This document shows positions 1 through 14,600 of a stretch of 64,000 bases of DNA, one piece after another. The translations under genes and the position numbers were made by a program. The stretch comes from Nageia nagi (lineage: Eukaryota > Plantae > Pinophyta): contig JBITNC010000001.1 in assembly GCA_050084985.1 (NCBI GenBank), positions 156,798,001 to 156,862,000 on the forward strand, read 5' to 3'. Numbering within the stretch: the first letter of the stretch is position 1; each line of letters begins with the position of its first letter. The notes under the pieces were generated by a model, which worked only from the letters and a program-made list of their open reading frames with translations, did not search any database and was not told the DNA's origin.

Positions 1-3000
1 AGATAACAAACAAGTCACCATGATGAAGCATTGTCTAAAAAGTTAATCCTTTTCGGATCAATTTAGGGATTTCATCCAATTCATCCAGCTTTGCGAACAA
101 ACAACTATGTTTTGTTGTTCCAAAGAGGGACGAGGAGGGAAGCCGATTGCGAGCAATCAAATGGGTGGTGGAAGAACGTGGGAAGAACAAGAGTTTGGAT
201 GTAAACCTCTAGTTTGATGTCATAAAACAGGAAAAAAATTCAGAATACCTCATCTACATGCATGTTGTGAACCAAGCAACTATCAAAGACTGATTTCCAA
301 CACTTTAAAGAATAAAGCAATGATACATTCCCTAAAACTCGCAAGTTTTCAAAGGAAGGACACGAAAGTGTCGAACAAGCAATGATAATCCTTAAGAAAC
401 AATTCACAACACCATAAATGGATAAACAGGTTCGATCTTTGCTTTAATCACTTTGTATTAACTTGCAAAAGAGTTGTGCAATGATACATCAATTTGCTCC
501 TCTTTTACAAAAGTTTCACTTTTTTCACAAAATGAGTTCTAGTGCAAATGAGACCCCATGCCATTTATTTATAAGCAAAATTAGGTCAAATTCTCGAGTG
601 TTGCCCTAATTTCTAAAAAAGCTTTAAAATGCTAATATGAATGCTAAATTGAGATTACAATATCGTTTTAATGGGAGAACAATCTCATCCCACTAAAATA
701 TGCTAGAAATAAAATATTTACAAAAATTGATGCCCTCTGGCACACATTTTGAAGCGTTTTGCATCAATTTGGCAAAAATTGGAACTTCAAATCCTCATGT
801 TGGATCCTTCTGACAATCTTTTGAGCTTCTTTTTTTGAATATGGATTTGCCTTTGATGTGATCATTAGTGGCAAATTTTCAACAGATTCTGAGAGAATTT
901 TTCGAAAAAATGGATTTTTTTGGTCTATTTTTCAAAAAAGATGGGGGGGTCTCCGAAATTTGGAAAATTTTTAAAAGGTGGATTTGACCCCATGGATGGA
1001 TGAAGGATGGGATTTCAAGGTCATTGGCAAGTTTCGAGAGCTTTTGGGGCTTTTAGGAGGTTTTGGGAAAGATTTGAAGTTTTTGGCAAAATTTTCGATT
1101 TTCATGACTATGGATTTTTTTGATAGAAAAAAGTGAAAATTTCCATAGGAATGAAAAATGCCTCTTAGATTTTTGAGCACTTTAACTTGCTCAAATTTGA
1201 AACTTGCAAGTTTAAAGTTGCTTAAAATTCCATTTTCCACACAACGAAGGCAAAATTTAATAATTTTGAGCAAAATTTGTAAATCCTCCTCAAGTTAGGC
1301 GCTAGTTTTCATCTCATTGGAATTCCATACACTTGGAAAACTGCACCTAGCCTTTTGGTGCATTTAAGTTGCTCAAAATTGAAAATTTGAAGGGTTAAAT
1401 GTGCTTGGAATGTCTTTCTCCATGCAATGAAGGGGTCCAACTTGATTTTTGAGTGAATTTGCACTTATCTCTCCATCTTAGGCACTGATTTTCAGTTCTA
1501 TGGATTTGTAATGAGATGAAAAGCTGCGCCTAGCTGCTAGAGGCTTTAAATGAGCTCAAAATCACTTTTTTGTAGACCTAAATGTGTTTTGAATGGCATT
1601 TTCCATGCAATGAAGTGCTCACAAATGACTTTTGGAACAAATTGGTGAATTATTGGCAACTTATGCGCCAGTTTTCAGCCCTATGGATCTTCAACAAGCC
1701 TCAAACCTGTGCCTAGTTATTTGTGCCCCCAAACTTGCTCAAAAATGAAAGTTTTCAAGTTTAAATGTGCTTAGAATGGGGTGTTTTACACATTTATGTC
1801 TTCAAATTTGGTTTTTGATCAAAAATCCATCCTTCTCCTTGACTTAGGTGCCAAAAAACACTTCTTTGGGATTCCATTGGCATGAAAACATGCGCCTATG
1901 CTTTTAGGTCATTTCCCTTGCTCAAAAGTGAAATTTTGTAGACCTAAACCTTTTTGAAATGCCCTTTTCTTTGCTCACAAACTTTCAAACTTGAATTTTG
2001 GACAAAATTTACCCTTTTTCCTCAAGCTAGGCACCAAAATTCATCCTATTGGATTTCCATAGCCTGCACCTAGGAATTTGGGCCACTTTCCTTGCTCAAA
2101 GGTGAAAAATTGCAAGTCTAAATGTGCTAAAAATGATGTTTTTCACCCAATGGACACCTTGGAATCAATTTTTTATGAGTTTTGCACTTATTCCTCCAAG
2201 TTAGGTGCCATTTTTCATCTCTCTGGATTTCGAAAAATATGGAAAACTGCACCTAGCATTTTGGTGCCCAAAACTTGCTCAATTTCGAAATTTTCAAGAC
2301 CTAAATGTGCTAGAAATCATGTTTTTCTTGGTCCTAAGCACTTAAACTTGATTTTTGGTCAAAAAAATTCCATCTTGTCATCCTAGGCACCATTTTTCAC
2401 TCCAATGGATTTGGAAACATCTAGAAACTTGCACCTAGCATTTTGGGGTCTTTACTTGCTCAATATAAAAAATTTCGAGACCTAATGTGGCTTAGAAACA
2501 TCATTTCCACTCATTCATGCATTTAGATTTCATTTTCTATGCATTTTCATTTTTTCTCCACTTCCTAGGTGCCAAAATACACCTATGGATTTCCCATAAG
2601 CTTGAAAAACTACGCCTAGCCTTAGAGTGCCTTAGACTTGGTCAAAATCGAAAATTTCGAGTCTTAAACCTTATCTCTCCAAATATGCTCTTAAACTCGA
2701 ATTCCAATGCCATATGCATTTATCTTTGAGAAACGTGCACCATTTTCCCCCAATTGGGTTTTCAATAACTTGGGAAAATGTGCCTAGGTCTAAGGGTACT
2801 CAAACTCTCATTTCCAACCCATTCTAGACTCAATCTGTCATTTTTCGTCATTTCCAACATTTTCGAGCTCAAAGTATTCAATTCTGCCCATTTCCAGCAT
2901 TTCCAGGCCCTTAGTGTGAAAAAAACGACCTTTGCCGACATTTTTGGTATTTTCGAGCATTTTTGGCCATTCTAGGCTCAACTCATCACTTTTGGTCCTT

Positions 3001-3246
3001 TCCAAGCTTTCCACACACAAATCGTGCAAAAATGCACTTTTTTACCATATTGGCCATTTCCAAGCTCAAAAAGTGACCAAAATGCGCTTTTCTACCTTAC
3101 TTGCCCTTTTCCAACTCTCTGGGGTCAACTTTGGCAAAAACATCAATTTTTTGCCATCCATGTCATTTTCAAGGCACCTAGACTTAAACTCTGCAAAAAC
3201 GCTCATTTTCGTCATATTTGGCATTTGTGAGCTTACCACTCTAACA
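1..3246 (-). mobile_element. Element G: long (>3.2 kb) LTR, running off the left edge, inserted into the 3' LTR of element A
   Basis: On the minus strand it begins TGTTAGAGTGG at 3246. A TATAAAT box followed by CTCATTT lies at ~547-573 (minus). The A-type LTR sequence starts abruptly at 3247. Confidence 0.6.
1120..2760. repeat. Diverged ~182-bp tandem array (~9 units) inside the LTR of G
   Basis: The anchor motif TAGGYRCY recurs at ~1297, 1480, 1661, 1844, 2028, 2201, 2383 and 2564. Each is accompanied by ...TTGCTCAAA...AAATGTGCT. Confidence 0.8.
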
Positions 3247-4202
3247 GACAATGATATAACAACACAATGCCACAAGAGTAATGCGATGCATACAATGAAA
3301 CAACACAATGATACGAAACACAACGAATTGCCTTTTGGATTATAAGAGACTATGAATGTACAATGGAGGTACACCAACTGATCTAGGGTTCCAATCCCTC
3401 TGAACACCGAACCAAACTGTAGGATAGACTGACTCCCTCAGTATCCGAATACCCTCCTGCAAAGGAGTCTCCTCAAATCCTGGCGACCAATCAAGGTAGA
3501 AGCACGTCCTCGGAATTCCACCGGATGGGCTAGGTGACCCACCTAAGCCATAGAATGTCAGGCTCCTTACCTTGCCACTCCTGTAGATGTCGTCTAGGAA
3601 TAGTTGCTCAGCACCGCTAAGACATTGTTGCCCAATTGGGACTGGTATAGAAAGTATATGATAAGTGGTAACCTCATAATGGAGCTTCATCCTCTATATA
3701 TAGTCTCTCATGTACATAGGTCATGCCTCGTTATCACCCCAAGCCATTTCTAATCCAACGTTGGGGTCAACAACTCAACCATGTCAACGTGGGGTAATAA
3801 AGGCCCTCAAGGCTGATGTGGGGTCCAAATGGCCTTCTAAGCTGACGTGGGGGTCTGGAAGGTCTCATGGACCAACGTGGGGTATGTGGGGTCCTCCCAA
3901 CGTTGGCATGCTCCTCCGTGCACCTCCAACATGCATGACACTTGACTACCTAGGGATTCCCACAATCCGGGATCACCCATGAACTACATATAACAGATTG
4001 GGATTCCCAAAATCCAGGATAACCCATTACACCACAAAACATTACTACTCAAAGGGAGACATCCCATTACTTGGCTCACAATGGGGTCCACAGACCATAA
4101 GTTCCTGCTTGAGTTACATAATCATAACATGAACATGAACACATGCTAAAATACAAAAGAGGTCATTACACAACTGTTCACTGGTCCAAATGGGACGTTA
4201 AA

Positions 4203-7100
4203 AAGCCTTCCCTCCTCGGATTGCTTGCCCTCAAGCAACTTAGTGACGGATGAGTTAGAATCTCCTCTCCTTCCCACGTTGAGTCTTCTATAGGTAGATC
4301 CTTCCACTTGATCAGGTGCTCACGAACCTGCCTGTTCCTTAGTTTCTTGACCCTAATCTCCAACACCTTCTCCGGTATGAGAACCAATCACCCCTCATCA
4401 TCTAGTGACGGTCAGACCAGTGAAGAAACATCCTGACGCCCAATGGCCTTCTTTAGCAATGATACATGAAAGGTGCTATCGATCCTACTCCCCAGAGGTA
4501 ACTCCAATTCATAGGCCACATTCCCAACTCAACGCAATATCTTGTAAGGCCTAAAGAAACGTGGCTGCAACTTCTTTGCTTTCCTCGTCTTTAGTGAAGA
4601 CTGTCGGAATGGTTGCAGCCATAGGTACACCATGTCTCCCACTTCAAAACTCCTCTCGGTCCTATGCTGATCGTAGAACTTCTTTTGTCTATTTTGAGCC
4701 ATCTGCAAGTTGTCTCTCAACACCCTTAAGATGTCTTGGTATTCCTGCAAGAATTGATTAGCCATGCAAGTTCTACCTTCATCAAAAATCAAATCTGTAA
4801 AGTTAGGAGGATCATAACCATATAGTTCATAGTAAGGGGACATCTTAATGGACGAATGATGAGTAGTGTTGTGGCAATACTCCCTAATGTGGAGCCATTT
4901 GACCCACGTTTGCTGCTAGTCGGTGACATAGTGATGTAGGTACCCTTCAACCCACTTCTTGACAATCTTCGGCTATCCATCGGTTTAAGGGTGATAGCTA
5001 GTACTAGGAGTGAGGGCTGCTCCACTTAGCCTAAATAGTTCCTCCCAAAACACACTCATAAACTTATTGTCCCTATCATTGACTATCCTCAACGGTATGC
5101 CATGCAGTCTAAAAACTTCTCGGAAGAACAAATCTGCAACCTGTATGGCTGTGTACGTGGTGGTGATAGCGAAGAAGTGGGCAAACTTGGTGAGCCTATC
5201 AACCACCACCAAGATACTATCTTAACCTTGGGCTTTCGGTAATCCGGTGATGAAGTCCATAGAGATGTGTTCCCATTTCTATTAGGGAATGGGTAAGGGT
5301 TGAAGCAATCCTCCCGGCTTCACATACTCATCCTTATTTTACTAGCAATGTGTGCACTCACGGACGTGGGCCCAAGGTTTGAGTCCTCTCCAAGTGAATC
5401 TCTCTCTGACGGCCAGATAGGTCTTTGCAACACTGGAATGACCAGCAAGGGGAGTGTTATGGAGGGCATGCAACACCTTCTTCCTCACTTTAGACGTGGG
5501 TATCAAGAGGATCCTTCCCCTTTTGTAAATCAGCCCCTCCTTGACCACATACCTCCTATTCTTGATTGATCCATTGAGGATCCCTGTGGTGAACTTATCC
5601 TATGCATACTCATCCATAACTTCTCTCTTCCATTCGGCTATGATGGCGGATAGTGAATAGAATGATGGGTACCTGGACAAGGCATCTGCTGCTGCGTTCT
5701 TCTTTCCCTTGATGTACTGAATCTCAAAGTCATACGATTGCAGCTTACTTACCCATCTTTGTTGCTTCTCAGTGAGATCTATCTGATTAAGGAAGTACTT
5801 TAAGTTGTTGTGATCACTCCAAATGACAAACGGCCCACACACCAAATATTGCTTGAACTTCTCAAGTGCATATATGATGGCCAACATCTCTTTGTCATAC
5901 ACACTCAAGTTTTTCTCAGCATTGGTTAACTTCCTGCTCTCGAAAGCTACTAGTTGCCATTTTGCATCAAAACGGCCCCTATACCCAACTTGGAAGCATC
6001 ACACTCCACCGTGAATGGGCTGAAAAGTTGGGTATAGCCAAACAAGGGCATGCACACATCACCCCCTTGAGTTTTCTGAAAGCCACTTGCACCTCATCAC
6101 TCCAAACAAAGGCATCCTTCTTGGTGAGCTGGCTTGAGTGTTGCCAAATGGGAGAACCCATGGATGAACCTCCGTTAGTAGTTACATAGCCCAAGGAATC
6201 CTCTTAGCTGTGTGAGGGTTGTAGGGGCTGGCCATTTCTGGATGGCAGAGATCTTTTGTTCATCCACTCTAACCCCCTCATGGTTGATGACGTGCGCCAA
6301 GTATAAGATCTCCAACATCCTGAATTCACACTTGGACAGCTTGCAATAGAATCGTTGCTCCTGCAGTATCTTCAACACATTTTCCAAGTGCGTGAGATGC
6401 TCCTCCCATGTCTTGCTGTAGATCAAGATATCATCGAAGAATACTACGACGTACTTCCTCAACTTCTCCAGGAACACCTAATACATTGCAAACTGGAAAG
6501 TAGCAGGTGCGTTGGTCAAACCGAATGGCATCACCATGAACTCAAAGTGACCAAAGTGGCAATGAAATGTTGTCTTGTGGACATCCCCTTCCTTCATCTA
6601 GATCTGATGAGATCCTATTCTTAGATCAATCTTGTAGAAGTACTTGGCTCCATATAATTCATCTATGAGTTCTACCCTTGGGATCGGATATCAGTTCTTG
6701 ATAATCTTCTTGTTCAACTATCGATAACCTATGCACATCCTCATGGTTCCATCCTTCTTCACCAAAACTACCGAAGATGCAAAAGGGCTAGTGCGAGGCC
6801 TGATGAATCCCATATCCAACAACTCCTTGATGGCCTTCTCGATCTCATCTTTATATGTTTTGGGATGCCTGTATGGTGTGACCTTGACAGGCTTGGCTCC
6901 TTCCTCTAACTCCACCATGTGCTCAAATCCTCGCAATGGCGGTAGGCCTTTAGGTATCTCTCCAAAGACATCCAAATACTGATCCAGAATGCCATGAATC
7001 TCTAGTGACTGCTTTTGTGCTTCTTTGATGTCCAACGTTGGCCCTCCTTTGGTCAGTGTAAAGAGACAGACCCATTCATTGTCCTTTTTCTGGATAGTAG
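4203..7100 (-). pseudogene. Element A pol remnant (RT-RNaseH-integrase-chromodomain), with frameshifts and stops
   Basis: ORF fragments 6718-7437, 6175-6477, 5600-5908, 5342-5548, 4985-5212, 4529-4843 and 4178-4387 are collinear with gypsy pol. Confidence 0.9.
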
Positions 7101-7685
7101 CATCCATACTTCTTGTCGAGATCACCTCCATAATGGCTTCCAGCCGGTTGTGCGTTGCGTTGGAGCGGAGGGATATCTTCCGCTCGACCTTCTTCTTCAG
7201 ATCCAGAGCTGTGCCCTCCTTGAAATCTTCGTTTGGAACATCTTTCTCCTTCAGATATTGGGCTGCGTCCTCCTTGCAACCTCCCTTTGAATCGGACATT
7301 GAGGTTGGGCTGGTCCCAACTTCCCCAATAATCTTTCCATGCCATACATCCACCCCGTACCCTAGCAAGTTTTGGTACCCATGGAAGGTAACATCCCACT
7401 GAAACTCCTCGGCCATGCCACGATAGATTTGGAGCAAGATCTCAATTCATGGTGGTGTCTTGTGCATCGGATCTAGTCTTGGCAAAGGTGGCCTCCCTCT
7501 CTTCTTACTCATCCTGTCTGCATGCCTTTCGCCCAAGTACCAAATGAGCTTCTTCCTTTCTTCTATCAGAATCTTCTCTTCTTCAAAACTTTGGAGCAAT
7601 TGTTGAAATACCTTCGGGCCGTAGTCCGACATCTTAACTATTACTGTAGATCGACCCTTCATTCCCTCAAGCTGGCAAGATCTAA

Positions 7686-7697
7686 GCTCTAATACCA
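7686..7697 (-). promoter_or_regulatory. Primer-binding site (tRNA-iMet type) of element A
   Basis: Minus strand reads TGGTATTAGAGC, 2 nt inside the 5' LTR end (consensus TGGTATCAGAGC). Confidence 0.85.
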
Positions 7698-9028
7698 CTT
7701 GCGAGGATCCAAAATTACCCTCAATCAAGAACAAACAGTATAGGTTTTCTAAAAAACTCAAACACCAAACGGCCACACCACAATGCAACCACAACCCCAA
7801 AGATTGCCCTCTAGGGCACACAACTACTTCACAACAACAAGATGGGTCTTCCAAAGCCCCCACACCTCACACAACATCAAACAATGGCCACACAATGCTG
7901 ACGTCCACCCCTAGGGCTTCTCCAACACCCTACAAATCCTATGAATGCCTCACAACAACAATGCACAACACAATAGCTTCAACGAATGCAATACAACTCA
8001 TAAATGAAGCTTCCAACACCAGTATATCACCACACATGAAACATACAATGATATAACAACACAATGCCACAAGAGTAATGCGATGCATACAATGAAACAA
8101 CATAATGATACGGAACACAATGAATTGCCTTTTGGATTATAAGAGACTATGAATGTACAATGGAGGTACACCAACTGATCTAAGGTTCCAATCCCTCTAA
8201 ACATCGAACCAAACTATAGGATAGACTAACTCCCTCAATATCCAAATACCCTCCTACAAAGGAATCTCCTCAAATCCTGGCGACCAATCAAGGTAGAAGC
8301 GCATCCTCAAAATTCCACCGGATGGGCTAGGTGACCCACCTAAGCCGTAGAATGTCAGGCTCCCTACCCTGCCACTCCTCTAGACGCCATCTAAGAATAG
8401 TTGCTCAGCACCGCTAAGACATTGTTGCTCGATTGGGACTGGTATAGAAAGTATATGATAAGTGGTAACCTCATAATGGAGCTTCATCCTCTATATATAG
8501 TCTCTCACGTACATAGGTCATGCCTCGTTATCACCCCAAGCCATTTCTAATCCAACGTTGGGGTCAACAAGTCAACCATGCCAACGTGGGGGTCATATTG
8601 GCCCAATATGCCAACATGGGGGGCATAAAGGTCCTCAAGGCTGACATGGGGTCCAAATGGCCTTCTAAGCTGACGTGGGGGTCTATAAGGTCTCATGGGC
8701 CAACGTGGGGTATGTGGGGTCCTCCCAACATTGGCACGCTCCTCCGTGCACTTCCAACATGCATGACACGACTACCTAGGGATTCCCACAATCTGGGATC
8801 ACCCATGAACTACATATAACAAATTGGGATTCCCACAATCTAGGATAACCCATTACAACACACAACATTACTACTCAAGGGGAGACATCCCATTACTGGG
8901 CTCACAATGGGGTCTACAGACCATAAGCTCCTGCTTGAGTTACATAATCACAACATGAACATGAACACATGCTAGAATACAAAAGGGGTCATTACACAAT
9001 TGCTCACTGGTCCAAATGGGACGTCACA

Positions 9029-11612
9029 CCCAAGGCGAAAGGCTCATTAAGGAGTAGGATCACTTCACTCTATGAGGTGAAGAGTACCTCACACTAAAGG
9101 GAGTGGGGCACGTAGGTGGGCAGGATGTGATGGTCCTGATTGATCTTGGAGCATCCCACAACTTCATTGATGAAGCGTTTGTAGAAAAGAAGAAATTTAA
9201 GACCAAGGGGTTCAAAGGATTCAGAGCTTCCAATGTCAATGGGAAACTCACTCTAGTGGACCACATTGTTGAGAAGTTTGGGGTGAGGCTGCAGAGTTAC
9301 AGAGCGAAGGAGAACTTCTATATTTATCCCTTGAAGGGGCATCCTCACATTATTCTAGGAGTGCAATGCCTGTTTGAGTTGGGTGACATTCACACCAACT
9401 ATCAAAAACTCACAATGAGTTTTGAGATTGATAGGAACACCCATACGTTGCAAGGGATTTGTGATGATTGTCCACAGGTGGACAATAAACGGCTGGAAGT
9501 GATTGAGTGGTGCCAAAAGGAGGAAAAAGATGGGGCCTTGTTAGACATGGAGGAGTTTCGGTATGAAGAAGCTTAGATACCTAACGTGGAGCTTGAAAAG
9601 CTTCCTACATACCACATTGGAGCTTGGGGAGGCTAGACGTGGCACGTTGGACCTTAGGAAGGCAAGACACCTCACATTAAGCCTTGAGGAGGATTGTCAT
9701 TCCACATTGGAGTTGAGGGAGCTGCTACCCCTCACGTGGAGCATTGAGAAGGCTTGGAGCTGGATGATGGGCTTAGAGTTCTTGCATCCCACGTTGGATT
9801 CAGGGAGACTTCTACAACTCACATGGGATTTTGAGGGATTCAAGAGCATGATGGTGAGCATGGAATGGCTTAGACATCCCACATTTGATTTGAAAGGGCT
9901 TGGGTACCCAATGACTACATTGAGGGAATGTTGGCTCCCCACGTATGACCTAGGAAGGATTGTATACTTGACATGGGAATGGAAAGCAACTTGGCACCCC
10001 ACGTTGGAAGATGAGGAAGTTTTTGGCTTCACATTGGCAGTTGGAGAAGTTTGGAACCCCATGTTGAGCTTGGAGAGGACTTGACCTCAGATATGGAGCA
10101 AGGGCTCCACCAATTTTTACTAACACATGATTTACTTGAGGTTTTTACAGGTACACCTTCTGGGAGACTTCAATGTGCATACACTTCCATGTTTCCTAAG
10201 AAAAGCAATGTGGTGTCTGATGAGGAGTGATAGTAGCAGCATATCAGAATTTTTGCATGCATTGTTGACGCATGAGGATGTAGCTTCAACATTTCACACA
10301 AGACCTTTATCGTGGAAGGGACATATTGAAGTTGCATTCCACTATGACAAATTATTGTAAACAAGGCTGAAGGATTCTTGGAAGACAATATGCTGCAACA
10401 TTCTACCACAGCTTGAGGGCAAGCAATTCAAGAGGGGGGGCTTTGTGAAGTCCCCCTAGCGTTATTGTATTTAAATATGGAATCCAACGAATTCCCCTTT
10501 TGTATTATATTTTAGTATTTAATTGTGCTTTAAGTTAGTACTTGGGATAGAAGAGTTAATCGGTCATTGGACCCCACTATGAGCCCCATGTGGGATGTCT
10601 CCCTCCCAAGTGTAGATTAAGTGTTTTAATGTACTTGGAGATCCCGATACATGATTGTGGGAATCCCAAGTTCTATTTAGCACTTAGTAGATGGATGAGC
10701 ACTTAATGGCCCCAACGTTGAGATTGGGGGCACTTGTACACATGCACCAGCCTTGGGGATACTTCTAGACCCCCACGTTGGCCCATGACACCCACGTTGC
10801 CCCCTTAAATGCCCACGCATGCCTCCTAGACCCATGCATGCATTCTTGGACCCACATGGAGCATAAGGGAGGCCCAGATACCCACGTCAGACCTGGAATG
10901 ACTCCTAGGTGTCAACGTTGGGGCTTGTGGGGACGGGGTGATGACATTGAGGTGCAATCCAAATCCAGGAAAGCTATATTAGCCCTTGGAGCCTCATTTG
11001 TTGGATATATTGAATATTGATAATTGCTTATACCGTCTGAAGGACAAGAGTCTTAGCACAGCGCTAAGCAAGATCCCTAGGTGCAGCATCTAGGAGGATT
11101 AGCAAGTTGGGATCCTATTAGTCTACGACTTAGGTGTAGCACCCTACCCATTCGATGGTATTCCAAGGTTGAGCTTCTACCTTCAGTGTTTGCCAAGGTT
11201 TGAGGAGGGCTCCTTCGTTGGAGAAGAATCAGATTCTGAGGGAGCAAGGCTGTCCCACTCACCAACCGTCCGTCCAATAGAGAGAGACATACATCGTGCC
11301 CTAGTTGGCTCCTTGGAGGCCAACGTCCAACCCTAGGGGCTTGGTATTGTATCTTTGATCCTCATTTATCTTACATACAACCATTGGGCACTTGGATCGC
11401 CATATTTGTCTTGTGTATGCTTTCCTATTGCAACATTGTGGTGTGATTGTTCATTCTTTCATATTGTAGCCAAATGTTGGCATCGTGAGCTTGAATTCAT
11501 TGATATCTGCTAGTCTTGGCTAGACGTTGGCAATATTGTGTTGTTTATGCTTAAGCTGGATGCCCTAGGTCATACGTTGGAGCATACTTGTGTATTTTGA
11601 GTTATTTGCACT
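9029..11612 (+). mobile_element. Element B: 3' part of a non-autonomous LTR element of the C/D type; A is inserted at its left end
   Basis: Protease (VMVLIDLGASHNFI, 9103-9576); 30-bp array ~9580-10080; LEGKQFKRGGF pol tail; PPT 10431-10443; LTR starting TGTGA at 10444 and ending just short of the expected terminus near 11612. No RT/RH/INT. Confidence 0.8.
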
Positions 11613-11618
11613 AGAAAT

Positions 11619-14600
11619 GTTGAAGCATCCATCCATACTCGGCATCCAGTTGCAGTAGTGATCATGTGGAAGACTCCTGAGAGATATCCCTGCAAAAACA
11701 TTAAGAGCAAGCATGAGTGAGCCTTTGCTCCATGGTCGTTGTCAAGACTTCCCCAAGCTCAATGTTGGGAGCCAAACTCCTGTTTCCAATGTGGGGCTCC
11801 AGTTCTTCCTTATATCCAACATGGAGTACGAGACTCCCCCCAGGCCCAATGTGAGGTCTTGTGGCCCCTATATGCTCAATGGGGAATGCCAAAATTTTTC
11901 TATTTCCATCATTGGGTGCCCAAGTCTTTTCAGTCCCAATGTGGGATGACAAGACTCCCTCATGTCCAACATTGGGTGCTCAAGCCTCTCCAGGTCCAAC
12001 GTGGGATGCCAAGACTCCTCCATGTCCATCGTTGGGTGCCCAAACCTCTCCAAGCCAAACATGTGGTACCAAAACTCCTCTATGTTCAACGTTGGGTGCC
12101 CAAACCTCTCTAGGCCCAACGTGGGATACCAAGACTCCTCCATGTCTAACGTTGGGTGCCTAAGTCTCTCCAAGCCCAATGTGGGATGTAAGAGCTCCTT
12201 ATTGCTCAAAGTCCGGTGCCAAGGCCCCTCCATGTCCAACGTGGGATACCATATTGCCTCCTTTACAAACGTTGACTATCCTCCTTCCTCTTCCCTTTAT
12301 GGTGTTGCACAATCACCTCCAATCTCTTGTTGGTGACTTGTGGGCATTCATCCTGGATCCCCTGTAGAGTGTGGGTCTTACCATCAATGTCAAAACTCAT
12401 GGTGAGATTCTAGTAGTTGGTGCGAATATCACCCAATTCAAATAACCATTGCACAACCAAGATGATGTGAGGGTGTCCCTTCAGGGGATATACATAGAAG
12501 TCTTCTCTCACTGTGTAGCTTTGTAACCTCACCCCAAGGGCCCAAATCTCTCCACAATTTGGTCAAATAATGTGAATTTCCCATTTGCATTGGAAACTTT
12601 GAATCCTTCGAACCTCTTGGTCCTAAGGCCTTTCTTCTACGCAAAACCTTCATCAATGAAATTGTGAGAGGCTCTAGGGTTGATTAAGACCATCACATCT
12701 TGCCCACTTGCTTGCCCAACCACCTTCAACGTGACGTATTTTTTTACTCCATGGAGTGAAGCAATCATGCTCCCAAATAATTGCTCTTCCTTGGGTGCCT
12801 CATTCTGGTCCAACATGTCCGTACCAAGATCCAGATCCGAATCGTCTTCCTCTTCATCCAAAATCACTTCAATGTAGTGCAGCTGTCCTTCGCCTTGGCA
12901 ACGATGTCTTGGCTCCTATGTCTTCTTGCAGTAGAAGCATTTTCCTTCTCTCAATTTCCTTCTAGTAGCTGCATCTAACTGGCTTGTTTGAGGAGCAGGA
13001 AAGGGTTTAAACTTGCTAGGCCCTTCTTTCTCTACAACCGGCTTTCGAGTGGCCTACCCCTTGTATGTTTACCCTCCCTTTAGGGGCATCATTGTTGGCT
13101 CCAAGTCATAAGCGGCCCTAATTGCATCATCAAGGGTTCGTGGCACTGATACCTTCACCATTCCTTGCAAGGGTTCCATCAACCCTTCTATAAAGAGGAA
13201 GGTCAATCTCTCCTCGAAGATGTTTGGATCATGATTGCAATTTCCTAGATTTCTGAAACATATTCATCCACCGTATCCTACTGCTTAAAAGATGTTAACT
13301 CTCTCAAATAGTAATTTTCCTTCTTCCTGTCAAACTGCTTTACTAACTTTTGAACAAATTCATCAAAAGAGGAAATGTGAGAGTAATCTTGACCGATTAC
13401 TTCATGCTGCCGCCATTCAAGGGCATCTCCCTCAAAATTCAACAATGCAAAATGAATTGCATCCTCCTCCAACATGTTCGGACTTGGGGTGAAATGTCTC
13501 CAGCTAATGGAGCCAAGCCCTAGTCGTCATCTTCTTGCCATCATACATGGGTACTTGCATTTTGTTAATTTTCTTTTGTAACTCTCTCTTGTCACCCCAC
13601 GAATTGCTTTGGGAATGGGTGCCATGAGAGCTACCTCCATTCAACCCCAAGATCTCTAGATAGCCATTGAAATTCATATCCCTCCTCAATCTTGGATCTA
13701 ACATGGAATACTCTCTAAAAATATAATTCAACTCAAGAGGACTTGGGATCTGGTTTTTTACCTCATTGGCAGACTTTCTGGAGAACATGGGTATGGATGG
13801 TTTGGGAATGATGGGCTGCTCCCCTATCTTCCCAACGTCCTCTTCCAAGAACCTCCCTAGGAGAGGGTTAGTTCCTTGCGGGGCTCTATGAGAATGGGAC
13901 TTCATAAACGCATGCTCTTGGTGACTTATGGATCCATGATGAGTAGACCCTAGAGTAGAGCATCAAAATATTGCAAATACAAGCCAAGAATGCCAACATT
14001 TTACTCAACAAGCTAGAATAACACTCCAATACCCAACGTCATGCACAAAGAGACAATATTGCATCAAACGCACATAATCAAGAGACAAGAATAGGATCCA
14101 AGTATGCCACAGCCTTAATTAATGATATAATGTGAAGTACAATACAAACCAAGCCCAATAGGGCTCAACATTGGCCTCCAAGGAGCCAACTAGGGCACAC
14201 ATATGCAAATGTGATCACTGCTAGAACAATGGATGGGACAACTACACTCCCTCAAGATCTGAATCCTCCCCACCGAAGGAGCTCTCTCCAAACCTTGGAA
14301 ACCAACTAAATGGTAGGACTACAACCTCAGAATACCATCGGATGAACTAAGATGCTACACCTTAGCCGTAGATTAGCAAGATCCCTCAACCTGCTAACCC
14401 TCCTAGATGCTACACCTAGGGGAAGATTGCTTGATGCTACGCCAAGACTTGTGTACATTGGACGGTAGGAGAAATAATATCAAATCAGGGATATCCATGC
14501 AATGATGCTCCATCGCCTAATATAGCTCAAGCTTAGATCTAGATTATCACCTCGAAATCATCCATGCCTCCCCTATCCAATGTTAGCCTCCTAGGGGCCC

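Larger units (their letters stand above)
3247..9028 (-). mobile_element. Element A: Ty3/gypsy chromovirus (Reina-like), degenerate, with gag core and protease missing
   Basis: 5' LTR 7700-9028; interrupted 3' LTR 3247-4202; Met-type PBS 7686-7697; PPT 4203-4217. RT (PFASSVVLVKKDG, VFFDDILIYSK), RNase H (YDKEMLAII, SDHNNLKY), integrase (VVVDRLTKFAHF) and chromodomain (LIKWKDLPIEDSTWE) are present. Confidence 0.9.

Noticed and set aside
971-3345. Short F/K/L-rich ORFs
   Set aside because: By-products of AT-rich tandem repeats with no recognisable domains.
9563-10084. Standalone repeat-protein (LRR-like) ORFs here and at 11700-12340
   Set aside because: They are translations of the 30-bp array, open in several frames and on both strands.
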